A DNA stretch of 64,000 nucleotides from Octopus vulgaris (Eukaryota), in assembly GCA_951406725.2 (NCBI GenBank), contig OX597816.1:108438001-108502000 (forward strand), in the 5' to 3' direction. Numbering within the stretch: the first letter of the stretch is position 1; each line of letters opens with the position of its first letter. A program made the translations under genes and the position numbers. Below, piece by piece: positions 39,473-53,660 of the stretch. Below the pieces are notes generated by a model. The model worked only from the letters and a program-made list of their open reading frames with translations. It had not been told where the DNA came from and ran no database searches.

Positions 39473-40420
39473 TATAAATTAGAGATAAAACCACTATTAT
39501 GCAACTCAAAAGTGATAGACATAAACCAAAACATATGTTTTATAAAAATATATATTAATTGTTATTTATGTATTGGTTTATGTCTATCACTGTTTGAGTT
39601 ACATAATAGTGGTTTTATCTCTAATTTATATTTTATATATTTATATTGTGAAATTTTATTTAAAACTAAATTGATTTTTTTCCCTGTAAGTTTGGAGTTA
39701 TACTCCCTAATATTATATGTATATATATATATATATATCCGTTTAGTGTTAACTGTCGGAGGAAAAGTGCTCAATGGCAAAATAATATAACTAATAACTT
39801 GCCTGTGCACCTGCAGTGGAAACTTAGACTAACAACAGACTGACTCGATCAAGATGATATAGATATATGTATATAAGTGTGTATGTGCACATATATGTGT
39901 GTGTATTTATGTATGCATATGTATTTATATATACAAATACTATATATGTGTGTGTTTGTTATTGTTATTGCTGCTGCTGCTGTTTTGTGTTATTTCTAAA
40001 CTTTGTGGTCAGGAAAATGAGCATATGTTATTTGATGATCTCATTATAAACACTGAAAATAATCACCTAATTTTTATTCATTTATTTATTTATTTTTAAT
40101 TCATAGTGTATATTGGTCTTAGTAATGAATTCATTTATCTAATGCCATTGCATATTCAGTTATACAAGTTAGAATAGCCTGCTTAATTCTGTTATACGCA
40201 TATAACTAGTTATATATATAATATCAGGGAGTATAACTCCAAACTTACAGGGAAAAATTCAATTTAGTATTAAATCAAATTTCACAATATAAATATATAA
40301 AATATAAATTAGAGATAAAACCACTATTATGTAACTCAAACAGTGATAGACATAAACCAATACATAAATAACAAATAATATATATTTTTATAAAACATAT
40401 GTTTTGGTTTATGTCAATCA
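39458..40420. repeat. AT-rich fold-back repeat with a further inverted copy
   Basis: ~39458-39528 is inverted to ~39572-39640, and ~40215-40420 is the reverse complement of ~39515-39720. Ends lie next to (TA)n. Confidence 0.8.
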
Positions 40421-40696
40421 TAAGTGTAGTTAAAAGAGTGAGTATTTCAACTCTGATGAAGAAGTAATAAACACAGAAACAAGTCACAGAGAACGTTTTC
40501 TGGGAATAGAGGAAACAATTTGTAGTTTATCCAAGAGTTTACATTTTACACTGATTATTTAATGTATATTAGACAAACACATAAACTGTTTCTTTAACAC
40601 ACGTTTCTAATTGTGTGTCTATGCATGTACTGTATGAATGTGTGCATATGTTTGTATGTGAATACCTATTTATGTGAATACCTATATAGGTAGGTA

Positions 40697-41020
40697 GGAG
40701 CACTCCATCGGTTACGACGACGAGGGTCCCAGTTGATACGATCAACGGAACAGCATGCTCGTGAAATTGACGTGCAAGTAGCTGAGCATTCCACAGAGAC
40801 GTGTACCCTTAACGTAGTTTGCAAGGAGAGTCAGCGTGACACAGAGTGTGACAAGGCTGGCCCTTTTTTGAAATACAGGTACTACTCATGTTTGCCAGCT
40901 GAGTGGACTGGAGCCACGTGAAATAAAGTGTCTTGCTCAAGGACACAACGCGTCGCCGGAAATCGAACTCACAACATTACGATCATGAGCCGAATGCCCT
41001 AACCACTAAGCCACGCGCTC
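40697..41020 (-). mobile_element. tRNA-derived SINE family C
   Basis: A box TGGCTTAGTGG, B box GAGTTCGATTT, CORE-like GTGTCCTTGAGCAAGACACTT, short (CCTA)n tail. Confidence 0.85.
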
Positions 41021-41196
41021 TCACTATATGTAAACTAAAATGCATATGTGGGGATGAGTTTTCGCCCCTGTGCACCTGCACTCTTACACGAATACATAAA
41101 TAAAAAACATATAAAAGTGCTCACACGAACATATATGCTGCACGAACACAGACATACACACATACACACATACATGTATATATATATATACATATT

Positions 41197-41262
<66 letters not shown>

Positions 41263-41914
41263 ATATATGCCTGTGTGCGTGTAAAGATGCATACGCATGC
41301 ATAAATACATGCATGCAAACTTACATATAGGCACATACACGCACACAAACATTCACGCGCATACACCTATGCATATATGCTTCCATACACAATATTACAC
41401 ACATACATATATAGAAGCATGCATATATTCATAATTACATGCATACACACACACGTACATACATACATACATACATACATACATACATACATACATACAT
41501 ACATACATACATACATACATACATACATACATACATACTATAAATAAATACAAACTTTCGTGACAGTATTATCACCAGTTCACTATAAGAAAAACCATAA
41601 ATTTATATACAAAAATAAATATAAAAATTGCGCGGGAGGATCGAAAAAAAGAAACTCGTGATGGTGCTATATGTTGCTTTTGAAATATATTAAAATATCC
41701 GGTTTACTTACAAAACTATTTTTGCTCATCAAATATCATATTTCGTGCTCAGACTGTCTCTAGTATATAGCTTTGAATATCTCCCGCTCTTTCACTTTCT
41801 GTTTCACTTTAACTCTCTCCCAGTTTATAATCTATCGACTTGTTTCTTTTTTTAGTGTGCATGAATGAGAATGTATATGTATGTATATGTATACACATGC
41901 AAACAGACTTACAT

Positions 41915-41965
<51 letters not shown>

Positions 41966-42160
41966 TGTGGGTGGATACATGCATACATAACTGGGCGGAC
42001 ATTTCTAAATGTGTTTATATAGACCCATTTATTTGTCACTACGGCTTCTCTCTGTCACTGTTCTGAACAAACTCTGTGTTGTGCTGAGTACATTTTTCTC
42101 TCACTTATAAGCCCACGTACATGCATACATATATATATATATATATACTTACGTATATAT

Positions 42161-42212
<52 letters not shown>

Positions 42213-42217
42213 GTAAG

Positions 42218-42280
<63 letters not shown>

Positions 42281-42383
42281 ATATGTATATATATATATAT
42301 ATATATACATATATATGTAGGTGTGTATGTATGTGTATATGCATACATAGTCATACATGCGTATATATATATATATGTATATA

Positions 42384-42431
<48 letters not shown>

Positions 42432-42514
42432 TACACACTCACACACTCACACACATGCACACTCACAGAGTTACAAAAGTACGTGGTAGAGATAGCTAGA
42501 AAGTGAGAAGACAA

Positions 42515-42571
<57 letters not shown>

Positions 42572-42663
42572 CACTGAGGAAGAAAGTTAACTCATTCAAT
42601 ATTTTATTCCCCTTCTGTATAAAATATAATCTCTTTTTACCGTCAATTTTTTCTTATTTCTGC

Positions 42664-42720
<57 letters not shown>

Positions 42721-43081
42721 GTGTGTTAGTGTATACGTGTATGTATGTATATATACGTGTATGTGTGTGTATGCGTGCGTGTGTGTATGTATGTGTATAT
42801 ACGTGTGTGCGTGTGTGTGTGTGTTCTGAAAGCATTTTTTATCGTTTGTTTTTATTACTGTTTCTTCCCACGTTTTTTACCTTTCTTTGAATGATTCTTC
42901 TAGGGGAAAAAAATATTAGTAACATCTTAAAAACTAAGCAGAAACAGTATTAGAAAGAATATAAAAATTGATAACTACTTTATGTTGTTGTTGTTGATGT
43001 GGTTGTTGTTATTGTTGTTGCTGCTGCTGCTGCTGCTGTTGTTGTTGTTGTTGTTGTCGACGTCGTCGTTGTTGCTGTTAT

Positions 43082-43118
<37 letters not shown>

Positions 43119-43214
43119 ATGTTATAATTCTATTTACTTTCCCTTAATAATTGACTCCGCTATTACCGTTATATGTCTCTGTGTATTTTGCTTGCATACG
43201 TATATGTATGTGTA

Positions 43215-43246
<32 letters not shown>

Positions 43247-43750
43247 TGTGTGTGTGTGTATTTGTGTACGACTGGGGATATATGCCAGTATTTGTGTGTG
43301 CATTCATCTATATATATATATACATTGAACATATATATATGTATACATATATATATATATACATAATATATGTACATTGTACACGCATATATGTATGTAT
43401 GTATATATATATATATATACATATATGTGTACATTTATACATATGCGTATATATATTTCTCCATATGTATATGCATGCGTACGTCCTATATGTTCTCGTG
43501 AGTTTATTCATATATGTTTTTAAGTTGTGCAGCGATGGAACGGTGGCAACGTGTTTATGCATGTACGAATACACATACGTGAGTATGCGTTTGTGTGTAT
43601 AGACAGATAGAGATAGATACATAGATAGATACATACATATATACATATATACATAGAAAAACAGACAGACAGACGTCATGTTACTTTAAGAAGAGTGAAG
43701 CTGAGCCAATTTGTTATTAAATACTACTTTCTTTTGTTTGTTCACCCATC

Positions 43751-43783
<33 letters not shown>

Positions 43784-43784
<1 letters not shown>

Positions 43785-43978
43785 GTGTACTGTTGGCGAT
43801 TTTTTTCCTCTGTCTTCCCTTCTCTGGATCTTTCCTTCTCTTATGTTTCCGACGAAGAGCTCCGCTCGAAACGTTAAACCCTCCTTCTTCCCTTCCTTCC
43901 TGAGCGTCCAATAATACTATATTTGTTCCATGTCCTCGCTTTGTTGTGTTTTCTCTTTGTGTTTTCATGTTTGGATTA

Positions 43979-43982
<4 letters not shown>
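43784..43982 (+). mobile_element. Family B hammerhead element in (TA)n (motif 43845-43879)
   Basis: GTTT-CCGACGA-A-GAGC-TCC-GCTC-GAAA-CG-TT-AAAC. Confidence 0.85.
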
Positions 43983-44016
<34 letters not shown>

Positions 44017-44018
<2 letters not shown>

Positions 44019-44457
44019 CGATGGAGTGATGAAAAGTTCCTGGCTTTGGGTATAAGTAAATACAGGAGGATCAGATTGTATATAAGGCAGCGAGCTGGCA
44101 GAAACGTTAGCACGCCAGGTGAAATGCTTAGTGATATTTCATCTGTTTTTACGTTCTGAGTTCAAATTCCGCCGAGGTCGACTTTGCCTTTCATCCTTTC
44201 GAGATCGATAAATTAAGTACCAGTTGTGTACTAGGGTCGATCTATTCGACTGGCCCCCTCCCTAAAATTTTCGGCCCTTGTGCCTAGAGTAGAAAAGAAT
44301 TGTGATTTTATTCAACATATCCCCCTCTCAAATTCGCACACTTATTGCAGCGGTCCTTCAGTCTTTCTAAGCCCTGTAAAAGAACCCGGAAGATTGGGCC
44401 TCCAACCAGGCCTTTTGCGACACTCATAAAGCCAGGAACTTAAAGCAACCCCTCGTA
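44017..44457. mobile_element. Mariner-type MITE with nested SINE B (44083-44300)
   Basis: TIRs TACGA.GG..TG....AAGTTCCTGGCTTT at both ends, with TA flanks. Confidence 0.8.
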
Positions 44458-44780
44458 TGTATGTATGTATGTATGTATGTATGTATGTATGTATGTATGT
44501 ATGTATGTATGTATGTATGTATGTATGTATGTATGTATGTATGTATGTATGTATGTATGTATGTATGTATGTATGTATGTATGTATGTATGTATGTATGT
44601 ATGTATGTATGTATGTATGTATGTATGTATGTATGTATGTATGTATGTATGTATGTATGTATGTATGTATGTATGTATGTATGTATGTATGTATGTATGT
44701 ATGTATGTATGTATGTATGTATGTATGTATGTATGTATGTATGTATGTATGTATGTATGTATGTATGTATGTATGTATGT
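44455..44780. repeat. Perfect (TATG)n array, ~325 bp
   Basis: Direct inspection. Confidence 0.97.
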
Positions 44781-45195
44781 GCATGTAGTTGCGTATCTAG
44801 ACATGCTCATACATATTTAAATGATAAACTTCTGGAAAGTTTCACAGATTTTTACAATTCTAGTGACGGATTGGATCTGTAGTCTTGAATTAGCTTTCTC
44901 CTTTCTGGTTTTCAGAAGCCTGGTTTCTCAAGATTGATATTTAGGCAGTGTATTACATATGCCAGGGCCCCAATGATTACATGTATAAATCAGAACTTGT
45001 ACTCTAGATAGAGTAACTGCAGATTTCTCAATAGTTCAGCACAGATTTTCTCTTTTTCACTGATCAGCTTTATGTTAACATCCGCTAGGTAGCTAATTTC
45101 CACAACTGTACACAGTTTCTCTTCTCTATCCCAAATCATTATATCAGGTCTGTTGTGCTTACATTTTATTGAGTTCTTCACTGGGACATTCCACC
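44781..45195 (-). mobile_element. (CATA)n-associated R4-like RLE LINE fragment
   Basis: IKCKHNRPDIMIWDREEKLCTVVEIS..AELLRNLQLLY. Same family as 17385-18040, with TATG repeats on both sides. Confidence 0.88.
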
Positions 45196-46116
45196 GTATG
45201 TATGTATGTACATTATGAAGATTATATGATTGCAGCTCAAGAGTATCGCTGAAAGTTTCGCGCGGGAACTGCTATGTGTGAGTTTGTACGTGGGTATGTG
45301 TATGTCTATGTGTGATGAAAGTAAGTCTCAAACAGCACGGTGATGTGCACGGACCTGTGCGACACAACTACATACGCACTGTGAATAAGGCCAAACGAGG
45401 GTACTTACTGACGACCAGCGTTGACACGTGCGGGATACGGCTATAATGGCGTTTTCGCCTCGTATGCACTGTGCTATGGTGTGAAAACCAGTATACGAAC
45501 ATGATCATAAATAGTTAAAACTAGTATTTCTGTTGCAACAGTATTTCTGTTGCAACATCCTTAGTAAAAGGCCTTATACGGTTTTACTTGGCAAAGCCAA
45601 TTTTAAGATCTCTGTGTATTGCAAACTGTTGCAGGTGAAAATTCTTTTAAATTTCTTCAGTGGGTTTTTTTATTTGAAGAGACCCTCTCCTAGGCAGGAT
45701 ACCTTTTTCATGACTGAAAATCGGAACTCTACGTAACATACCCAGTGGTCTAACAGCATGCTCGGTACCAACTTATTAAGTCACCGTGCACTATTCCTAT
45801 TTAGTCGTTAACCCTACACTGGGATATTCCAGCTTTTTACATGCCTTGTTTTTGTTCTGCCGTATTTCTAATAGCCCTCTTAATCAGACTAAACTTGTAC
45901 AGCAGACTGGTCAAGTTGCCGACAAGTTTATGCTGTATGAAATATTACCACTAGCATTCGCGAGTGATTTAACTTGTAAATATGCAAGAATGTGTCCATG
46001 CATGTAAAAAAAAAAAAAAAAAAACTTCAAGAAAAATTATAACATTTTCCGCAAGGGAAAAATGTTATGAAATGTTACATCCCATTGGTTGACATAGCCA
46101 TTGCTGAACTATGTGA

Positions 46117-46206
<90 letters not shown>

Positions 46207-46464
46207 CGTGCGTGTGTGTGTGTGCATGTGTGTGTGTGTGTGTGTGTGTACACGCCGTTCCCTAGTTCAAATACGGGTATAACCACGTTGCAAAAACGAA
46301 TTTTCATTTTTGAGGGCAGTACCCACATATTTCGCTCTTTAGTTCAGGAAATCACCCGCATCATTTGAATTTGTTAGAGTGCTACAGTCGATGCCAAACT
46401 AACATCCTGATAAGTTTTTGTTATAACCAGTAATATACTGCTTGACGACATAAATCCATATCCA

Positions 46465-46566
<102 letters not shown>

Positions 46567-46573
46567 ATAACGG

Positions 46574-46605
<32 letters not shown>

Positions 46606-46628
46606 TATACCTTTATATATATATATAC

Positions 46629-46682
<54 letters not shown>

Positions 46683-46871
46683 TTATATGCATTTATATTT
46701 ATGAATGTGTATCAATGCATTTAAAGCAAATGTACTTGGATTTATGTGTATGTGTGTAAAGGGAGGGAGATAAGTAAGATATATATATATGAGTACATAT
46801 ATGAATGTGAAAGAATATTTATCGATATCTATGAGTATATTAGTGTACTTGTATGTGTGCGCATATCTATA

Positions 46872-46917
<46 letters not shown>

Positions 46918-46921
<4 letters not shown>

Positions 46922-47130
46922 TAATCCAAACAAGAAAGCACAAAAAACACAACAACGCGAGGACGTGGAACAAATATAGTATTATTGGACGCTCAGGAAA
47001 GAAGGAAAGAATGAGGTTTTAACGTTTCGAGCGGAGCTCTTCGTCAGAAACATAGGAAAAGGAAAGATCCAGAGAAGGGAAGGCAGAGGAAAAAAATCGC
47101 CAACGGTACACACGAGGTCACATTTTGAAA
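46918..47130 (-). mobile_element. Family B hammerhead element in (TA)n, canonical core (motif 47017-47051)
   Basis: GTTT-CTGACGA-A-GAGC-TCC-GCTC-GAAA-CG-TT-AAAAC. Confidence 0.85.
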
Positions 47131-47196
47131 GCTATATATATATAAAAGAGTAACCCTAGCCAGAATCGAACCCATAAATCAACGCTAACATGGCTC

Positions 47197-47341
<145 letters not shown>

Positions 47342-47858
47342 GTATGCATGTGTGTGTATTTACGTGTGATTTATATAAATTCGTCTGAGAGGAATATAAA
47401 CATAAATGAATATAACAACCAATAACGTGATAAATTTCCATTTTTTATGATAAAGAATTTTAGAATTTTTAAATATGTGATGACGAGGTCATCTGTCCAT
47501 ACATTTGGATATGTGGGGTTTGGTTATTTTTGTATTTATGCTGATATATATTGTCGCTGATCAAAAAACACTCAACCAACGGTGACTCCAAATACTATGT
47601 GTGTGCAAATGTGTCTGTGTGTGCAAGCGCGTGTGCGCTTCGTGTATACGTGTGTGTGTGTGTGTGTGTGTAGAGTTCTGTTTCGAGATGGTAAGATCAA
47701 CAAAAAAAGTAAAAATCATTCATCTGGTGAGATATAAATATCATTTAATAAACACAGTATATCTTTTTTATGATCTGCTAATAGTTTTAGGCGTTGAAAG
47801 CATGCTAGACAGTATATTTTAATACGGCTGGTGCCTTCATGCAATTATCAGGCTCTGA

Positions 47859-47943
<85 letters not shown>

Positions 47944-47999
47944 GGGAGCATAAGGAGCCATGTTAGCATTGCTTTATGGGTTCGATTCTGGCTAGGGTT

Positions 48000-48170
48000 A
48001 CTCTTTTACCCTTTTACTTGTTTCAGTCATTTGAGTGTGGCCATGCTGGAGCACCGCCTTTAGTCGAGCAAAGCGACCCCAAGACTTATTCTTTGTAAGC
48101 CTAGTACTTATTCTATCGGTATTTTTGCCGAACCGCTAAGTTACGGGGACGTAAACACACCAGCATCGGT
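48000..48170 (-). mobile_element. SINE family A, 3' part
   Basis: Matches the family A tail. Confidence 0.88.
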
Positions 48171-48242
48171 TAGCTCATCATTTTCTGGTCATTTGTTTGT
48201 ATTTTAAAATTGCCGCATCAAATCGGAGAATATATATTACAG

Positions 48243-48639
<397 letters not shown>

Positions 48640-49354
48640 TGTCCACCCCAATCTCACTGGCAAATAAAAGGAATCATCTGTAGCTCAACAGTTTCTAGCA
48701 ATTTATCGTTCGAATCCTACTTAGGACTAAGAGCTTATTCCTTCCAATAAATATTTTGCTTTCACTATTTTTCATATCACCACACTACAAAGAATAACTA
48801 AATTTTTATACCATTGATATCTGATATTTTTATTTCATTGATATCCGTTTCATTGATATACGTTTTGATTATTGCATCTTACATTTGTTCGTAAATATAT
48901 GTTTGTAGGTAAACATGCATATAATTTCTTTGCTCATAAATTTGTTTACTACTGTATATTTATCTTCTAGCATTTAGACTCCTTTACGTATATGTAGGAC
49001 GTGAATATATATGTATGTTTCCATGCATATATATGTATGTTTCCATACACAGGTATATATGAAGTTGCAATTATATATGTACATGCATATTTACATAAAA
49101 ACATGTACATATGTATTGATACACGTATTTGTATAAACATACACGTATATACAGCTGCTTATATATCTGTCATTTACATGTGTGTATATATATATATATA
49201 TGTGTGTGTGGTGTATGTATGTAGGTAGGTATATATATATGTATATGTATATATATATATTTATAATTATATATATATCTATATATATACATATATATGT
49301 GTGTGTATGTATCTGTGTGTTTGTGTGTGTATATATGTGTATGTATATATATAT

Positions 49355-49502
<148 letters not shown>

Positions 49503-49695
49503 CATTGTATGGGAAATCGAATGCAGGTGTTTGCATATTGTATGTATTTATTCGTAGTTTTGTATTTAAAATTTAACTTTTTACAGTTTTATGCTCAAAC
49601 TACAACTCTACAATACTACGTAAACATTCTGTTCCTAGATATAAATATATATATATATGCATACATAGACACATATATAAATATATGTGTGTGTA

Positions 49696-49726
<31 letters not shown>

Positions 49727-49727
49727 T

Positions 49728-49764
<37 letters not shown>

Positions 49765-50154
49765 TATACAGGTGTATGTGAATGTATATGTGTATATATG
49801 TGAAGAAACTTGTATTTATGCGTATTATACTCGCAAATTTACGAGTGAACGTAGGTGCTTGTTTGAATAAGCATCTATTTATATATTTATATGTGTATGT
49901 ATGTGTATGTATATGAATGTGTAGGCGTATTCAAGCACGTGGATAATATAAGTATAGATATAAATAAATAAATATATATATATATATATATATATACATA
50001 GAGAGAGCCAAACAGACAGACAGAGAGGACGTGAGTTCGAGTTAGATATCTATCTATTTGTATATTCAACTATGCATATCTATAAGAATATCTATAAGTT
50101 CATAAGCGTGTGTGTATATATGTATGTGTGTATATATATATATATATGTATAAT

Positions 50155-50191
<37 letters not shown>

Positions 50192-50210
50192 TATATACAT
50201 ATATATATAC

Positions 50211-50278
<68 letters not shown>

Positions 50279-50453
50279 GTCATTTATAAGTCATTTATAA
50301 GTGCATATGCATGGAAACACACACACAAACATGCACACCTACACACACACGCACACACACATATATATACATTTTATACATATATATATATATATATGCA
50401 TATATATATATATATGTGTGTGTGTGTATGTATATATATATATATACAGAGAC

Positions 50454-50520
<67 letters not shown>

Positions 50521-50553
50521 TAGATAGATATATATATATACGTATATATACGT

Positions 50554-50623
<70 letters not shown>

Positions 50624-50739
50624 AAATAAATGGAGGGAAAATTTACGGTCCCAGTCGTTTACTTAGTTTTAACATATGCACACTTCCCCCCACTATCTGA
50701 TGACGCCTGGTCAGAGGTGGAGGCTGGTGGCATTTGATA

Positions 50740-50827
50740 AATCTATCGAATATGGTGCTGACGAAAGAATTTAGGCAATTTCTAGCCTACGATCTAGAAA
50801 CATGTTCACCATTAACGGTAATAGATT
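50740..50827 (+). ncRNA. Type I hammerhead motif with decayed stem II
   Basis: ATGGTG-CTGACGA-AAGAATT-TAGGC..GCCTA-CGATCTA-GAAAC-AT-GTT-CACCAT, with outer helix AATCTAT/ATAGATT. It lies in a ~370 bp island between (TA)n tracts. Confidence 0.65.
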
Positions 50828-51010
50828 GTTTTCGTTTATTTGCTACTTCGATTTTGCGTATGTGAATCGCAGGGTTGTGTCGTATATGGAGCCTCCACTT
50901 GTAGAAAATGGAACTAAACAGTCTCTGACTGCCATTTCTAATTCTTTCGGTATGCGGCTGAGCAACCTGTTGCCTGTCCTTTTAATTACTACTATATATA
51001 TATATATATA

Positions 51011-51628
51011 GCAATAATAAATCTCTGAACGAGATGTAAACCGTAATTGCTCGACAACGTAAAGTATACTAGCCATCTCAATATGGCTAACCACTAAGGG
51101 TGGGTGTTACTGTAGCTTTTAGCCCCAGGAGATCATCGTCTCCAGCTGGCTTTAGGCACACTTTCTGTGCCCTTATGGTATTTGCAAAGGGAGGTCATAC
51201 CTCTCTCGTCAACCTAAGTGATACGCACGGACTGCAGTTTCTAGGTATTTGCCTGTCTTCGGCGTACGGCAATCACCGGTTTTCAATGAAGGGAGACCTG
51301 TTTGCAAATACTTATTTATTGTTTTTCCAGTAACTTCCGTCACTGATTTCGAAAAACTGTCTGCAAGCAATAATAAATCTCTGAACGAGATGTAAACAGT
51401 AACTGATCGACAACGTAAATTATACTAACCATCTCAATATGGCTAACCACTAAGGGTGGGTGTTACTGTAGCTTTTAGCCCCAGGAGATCATCGTCTCCG
51501 GCTGGCTTTAGGCACCATAAGGGCACAGAAAGTGTGCCTAAAGCCAGCTGGAGACGATAATCTCCTGGGGCTAAAAGCTACAGTAACACCCACTCTTAGT
51601 GGTTAGCCATATTGAGATGGTTAGTATA
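51011..51628 (-). mobile_element. Retrozyme-like element: 1.4 tandem copies of a 356-nt unit plus an inverted fragment, in (TA)n
   Basis: GCAATAATAAATCTCTGAAC starts at 51011 and again at 51367. 51515-51628 is the reverse complement of ~51065-51178. No recognisable coding content. Contains a hammerhead. Confidence 0.8.
51218..51276 (-). ncRNA. Type I hammerhead within the 356-nt unit
   Basis: GTGAT-TGC-CGTACG-CCGAAGA-CAGGC-AAAT-ACCTA-GAAAC-TGCA-GTC-CGTGCG-T-ATCAC. Palindromic stem III ACTGCAGT, GUC site. Confidence 0.8.
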
Positions 51629-51647
51629 TACGTTATATACGTATATA

Positions 51648-51708
<61 letters not shown>

Positions 51709-52348
51709 AGATGTGTGTGTGTGTGTAAATATACATATATGTATGAAATTATGCTTCCATATGTATACACGTTGATTTATGTATAGTGAATGTTTATATA
51801 TATAAATGTGTGTATGTGTATATTCGTGTTTGTGTGTGTGTATTTACATATGTATGTGTATATAGATATATATAAAAAGAGAGGTAGTATGGTAGGTAGA
51901 TAAAGTTAAGCGCGTGACATATACTTACTCAAAGCACAAAATATAGATTATTCAATAAAAACAAAAGTGAAGAAACGTTATATAATGTCTTATCTCGACA
52001 GCTGTTTTAAGAGGCCATACTTACGTAAGCATATTCATAGATAATATTTGCATAATGTCATGAGTAACATATTAAGTCTACCATCCGAGTAGGTCATAGT
52101 GGAATAGGAATTCAGAACGCAAAATCCGAAACAAATACCGGATGGTATCGATTGTCTTGCAGTTCCACCAGTTCACCCCTCTGGATTGGTATTTTTTTTT
52201 ATCAACTCCGGAAGGGGTGAAGGCTAAGTTGACTTCTATGCGATGGGAACTCAGAGCGCAGAGACTCGGAAACAATACTGATCTAACGATATTGTGATGA
52301 CTACACGTAAACACAGCGATAGAAGTTTCTAAACAGTGTGTGCGCGCC

Positions 52349-52394
<46 letters not shown>

Positions 52395-52405
52395 TGCGTG
52401 TGTGC

Positions 52406-52457
<52 letters not shown>

Positions 52458-52459
52458 AC

Positions 52460-52645
52460 GTGTGTGTGAACCTGCAAATTCATATGGCTGCATGTATGCA
52501 TACTTTTCTTATATGCATGTGTATACATGTGTGTGTGAGCCTGCAAATTCATATGGCTGCGTGTATGTATATTTGTATTATGCGCATATGTATGTATACA
52601 TGTGTGTGAACCTACATATTCTTATATTTGCATATATGTATATTT

Positions 52646-52697
<52 letters not shown>

Positions 52698-52830
52698 GTG
52701 TGAGTGCGCACGTGTTTGTGAACCTAAAAATTCATATGGCTGCATGTAAGCATATTTGACTTATATGCATATGTATACATGTGTGTGTGACCCAGCAAAT
52801 CTTTATTTTGGATATATGTATATTTGAATG
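52460..52830. repeat. ~70-bp minisatellite, about five degenerate units interleaved with (TG)n
   Basis: GTGTGAACCTGCAAATTCATATGGCTGC..TATGCAT.TGTATACAT recurs. Confidence 0.8.
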
Positions 52831-53000
52831 CGTGTGTGTGTGTTTGTGTGAGTGAGTAAGTGTGTGCGCACGCGGCACTCGCGTGCGCATGTGTTTGTGC
52901 GTGTGCAATTGTGTGTGTAATCGTGAGATAGGAAGAGAAATGATGTTATACATATATTGAAATATATTTTACATTCATTACTTGTGAAGAATGTATCAGC

Positions 53001-53047
<47 letters not shown>

Positions 53048-53229
53048 TGCGCGTATAGCTGCAGATTTTAAATGTTATTTTAAACATTGATGCTTATATC
53101 GGAATAAACACTATTTAACCATGTTCATGAAATATAACATTTTGAAAGCACACATTTCTGTCTATTGATATAGCGAATGGGTTTATTTTCACTGTTAATT
53201 CACGTTTACTTTGAACTGTCAAATTAAAA

Positions 53230-53660
53230 ACGTTAAAAAAAACAACAAATACCTGCATTTTTTTATTGAATGAATAAAGGTAAGGCAGCAGAAACTGCTT
53301 GCTACATTGCTCTATGAATCAATCATTTAGCCAAGGACTAACATCCAAAGTAGAGCTTTACATTAATTTCAAAAAGGTCACATTGGAAACGAGAACATTA
53401 AATTAAAGTCGAGGAAGGTTGCAAATAATTGAGGACCATTATTGAAAGAGTTACGTCGCTAAGCAACTCAGGACGTTACCGAAGTAAAATTTGTCGAAAT
53501 AACATTTAAATCACACTGGAAAGTTTTAAAACCCTCCAAGAAATGAGTGCTGTCTAAACTTAATTTTTTTTTTTTTTTTTCAATGTAGTTTCAATGTCTG
53601 CTCTTCGGTGCAACAAAAACGATCCTTCTTTCATCGCATAGTGATGATATATGCTAACTG
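53230..53660 (+). mobile_element. Highly decayed mariner N-terminal remnant
   Basis: KAAETA.. and LLRCNKNDP.FHRIV pieces resemble the mariner HTH region and the segment before the first catalytic D. Confidence 0.45.

Noticed and set aside
40448-40492. CTGATGA..GAAAC-AA-GTC as a hammerhead
   Set aside because: Neither stem I nor stem II pairs.
40960-41020. tRNA gene
   Set aside because: A and B boxes are present but continue into a SINE body, and there is no full cloverleaf.
45403-45497. CTGACGA-CCAG..TGG-TGT-GAAAAC..GTA as a hammerhead
   Set aside because: Extra bases before GAAA and weak stems I and III.
51024-51066. Plus-strand CTGAACGA..GACAACGTA as a second ribozyme in the 356-nt unit
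   Set aside because: It needs two core insertions and lacks stem I pairing in either copy.
52460-52830. CRISPR-like repeat-spacer array
   Set aside because: The whole units are degenerate tandem copies without unique spacers, there are no cas genes, and the context is eukaryotic.
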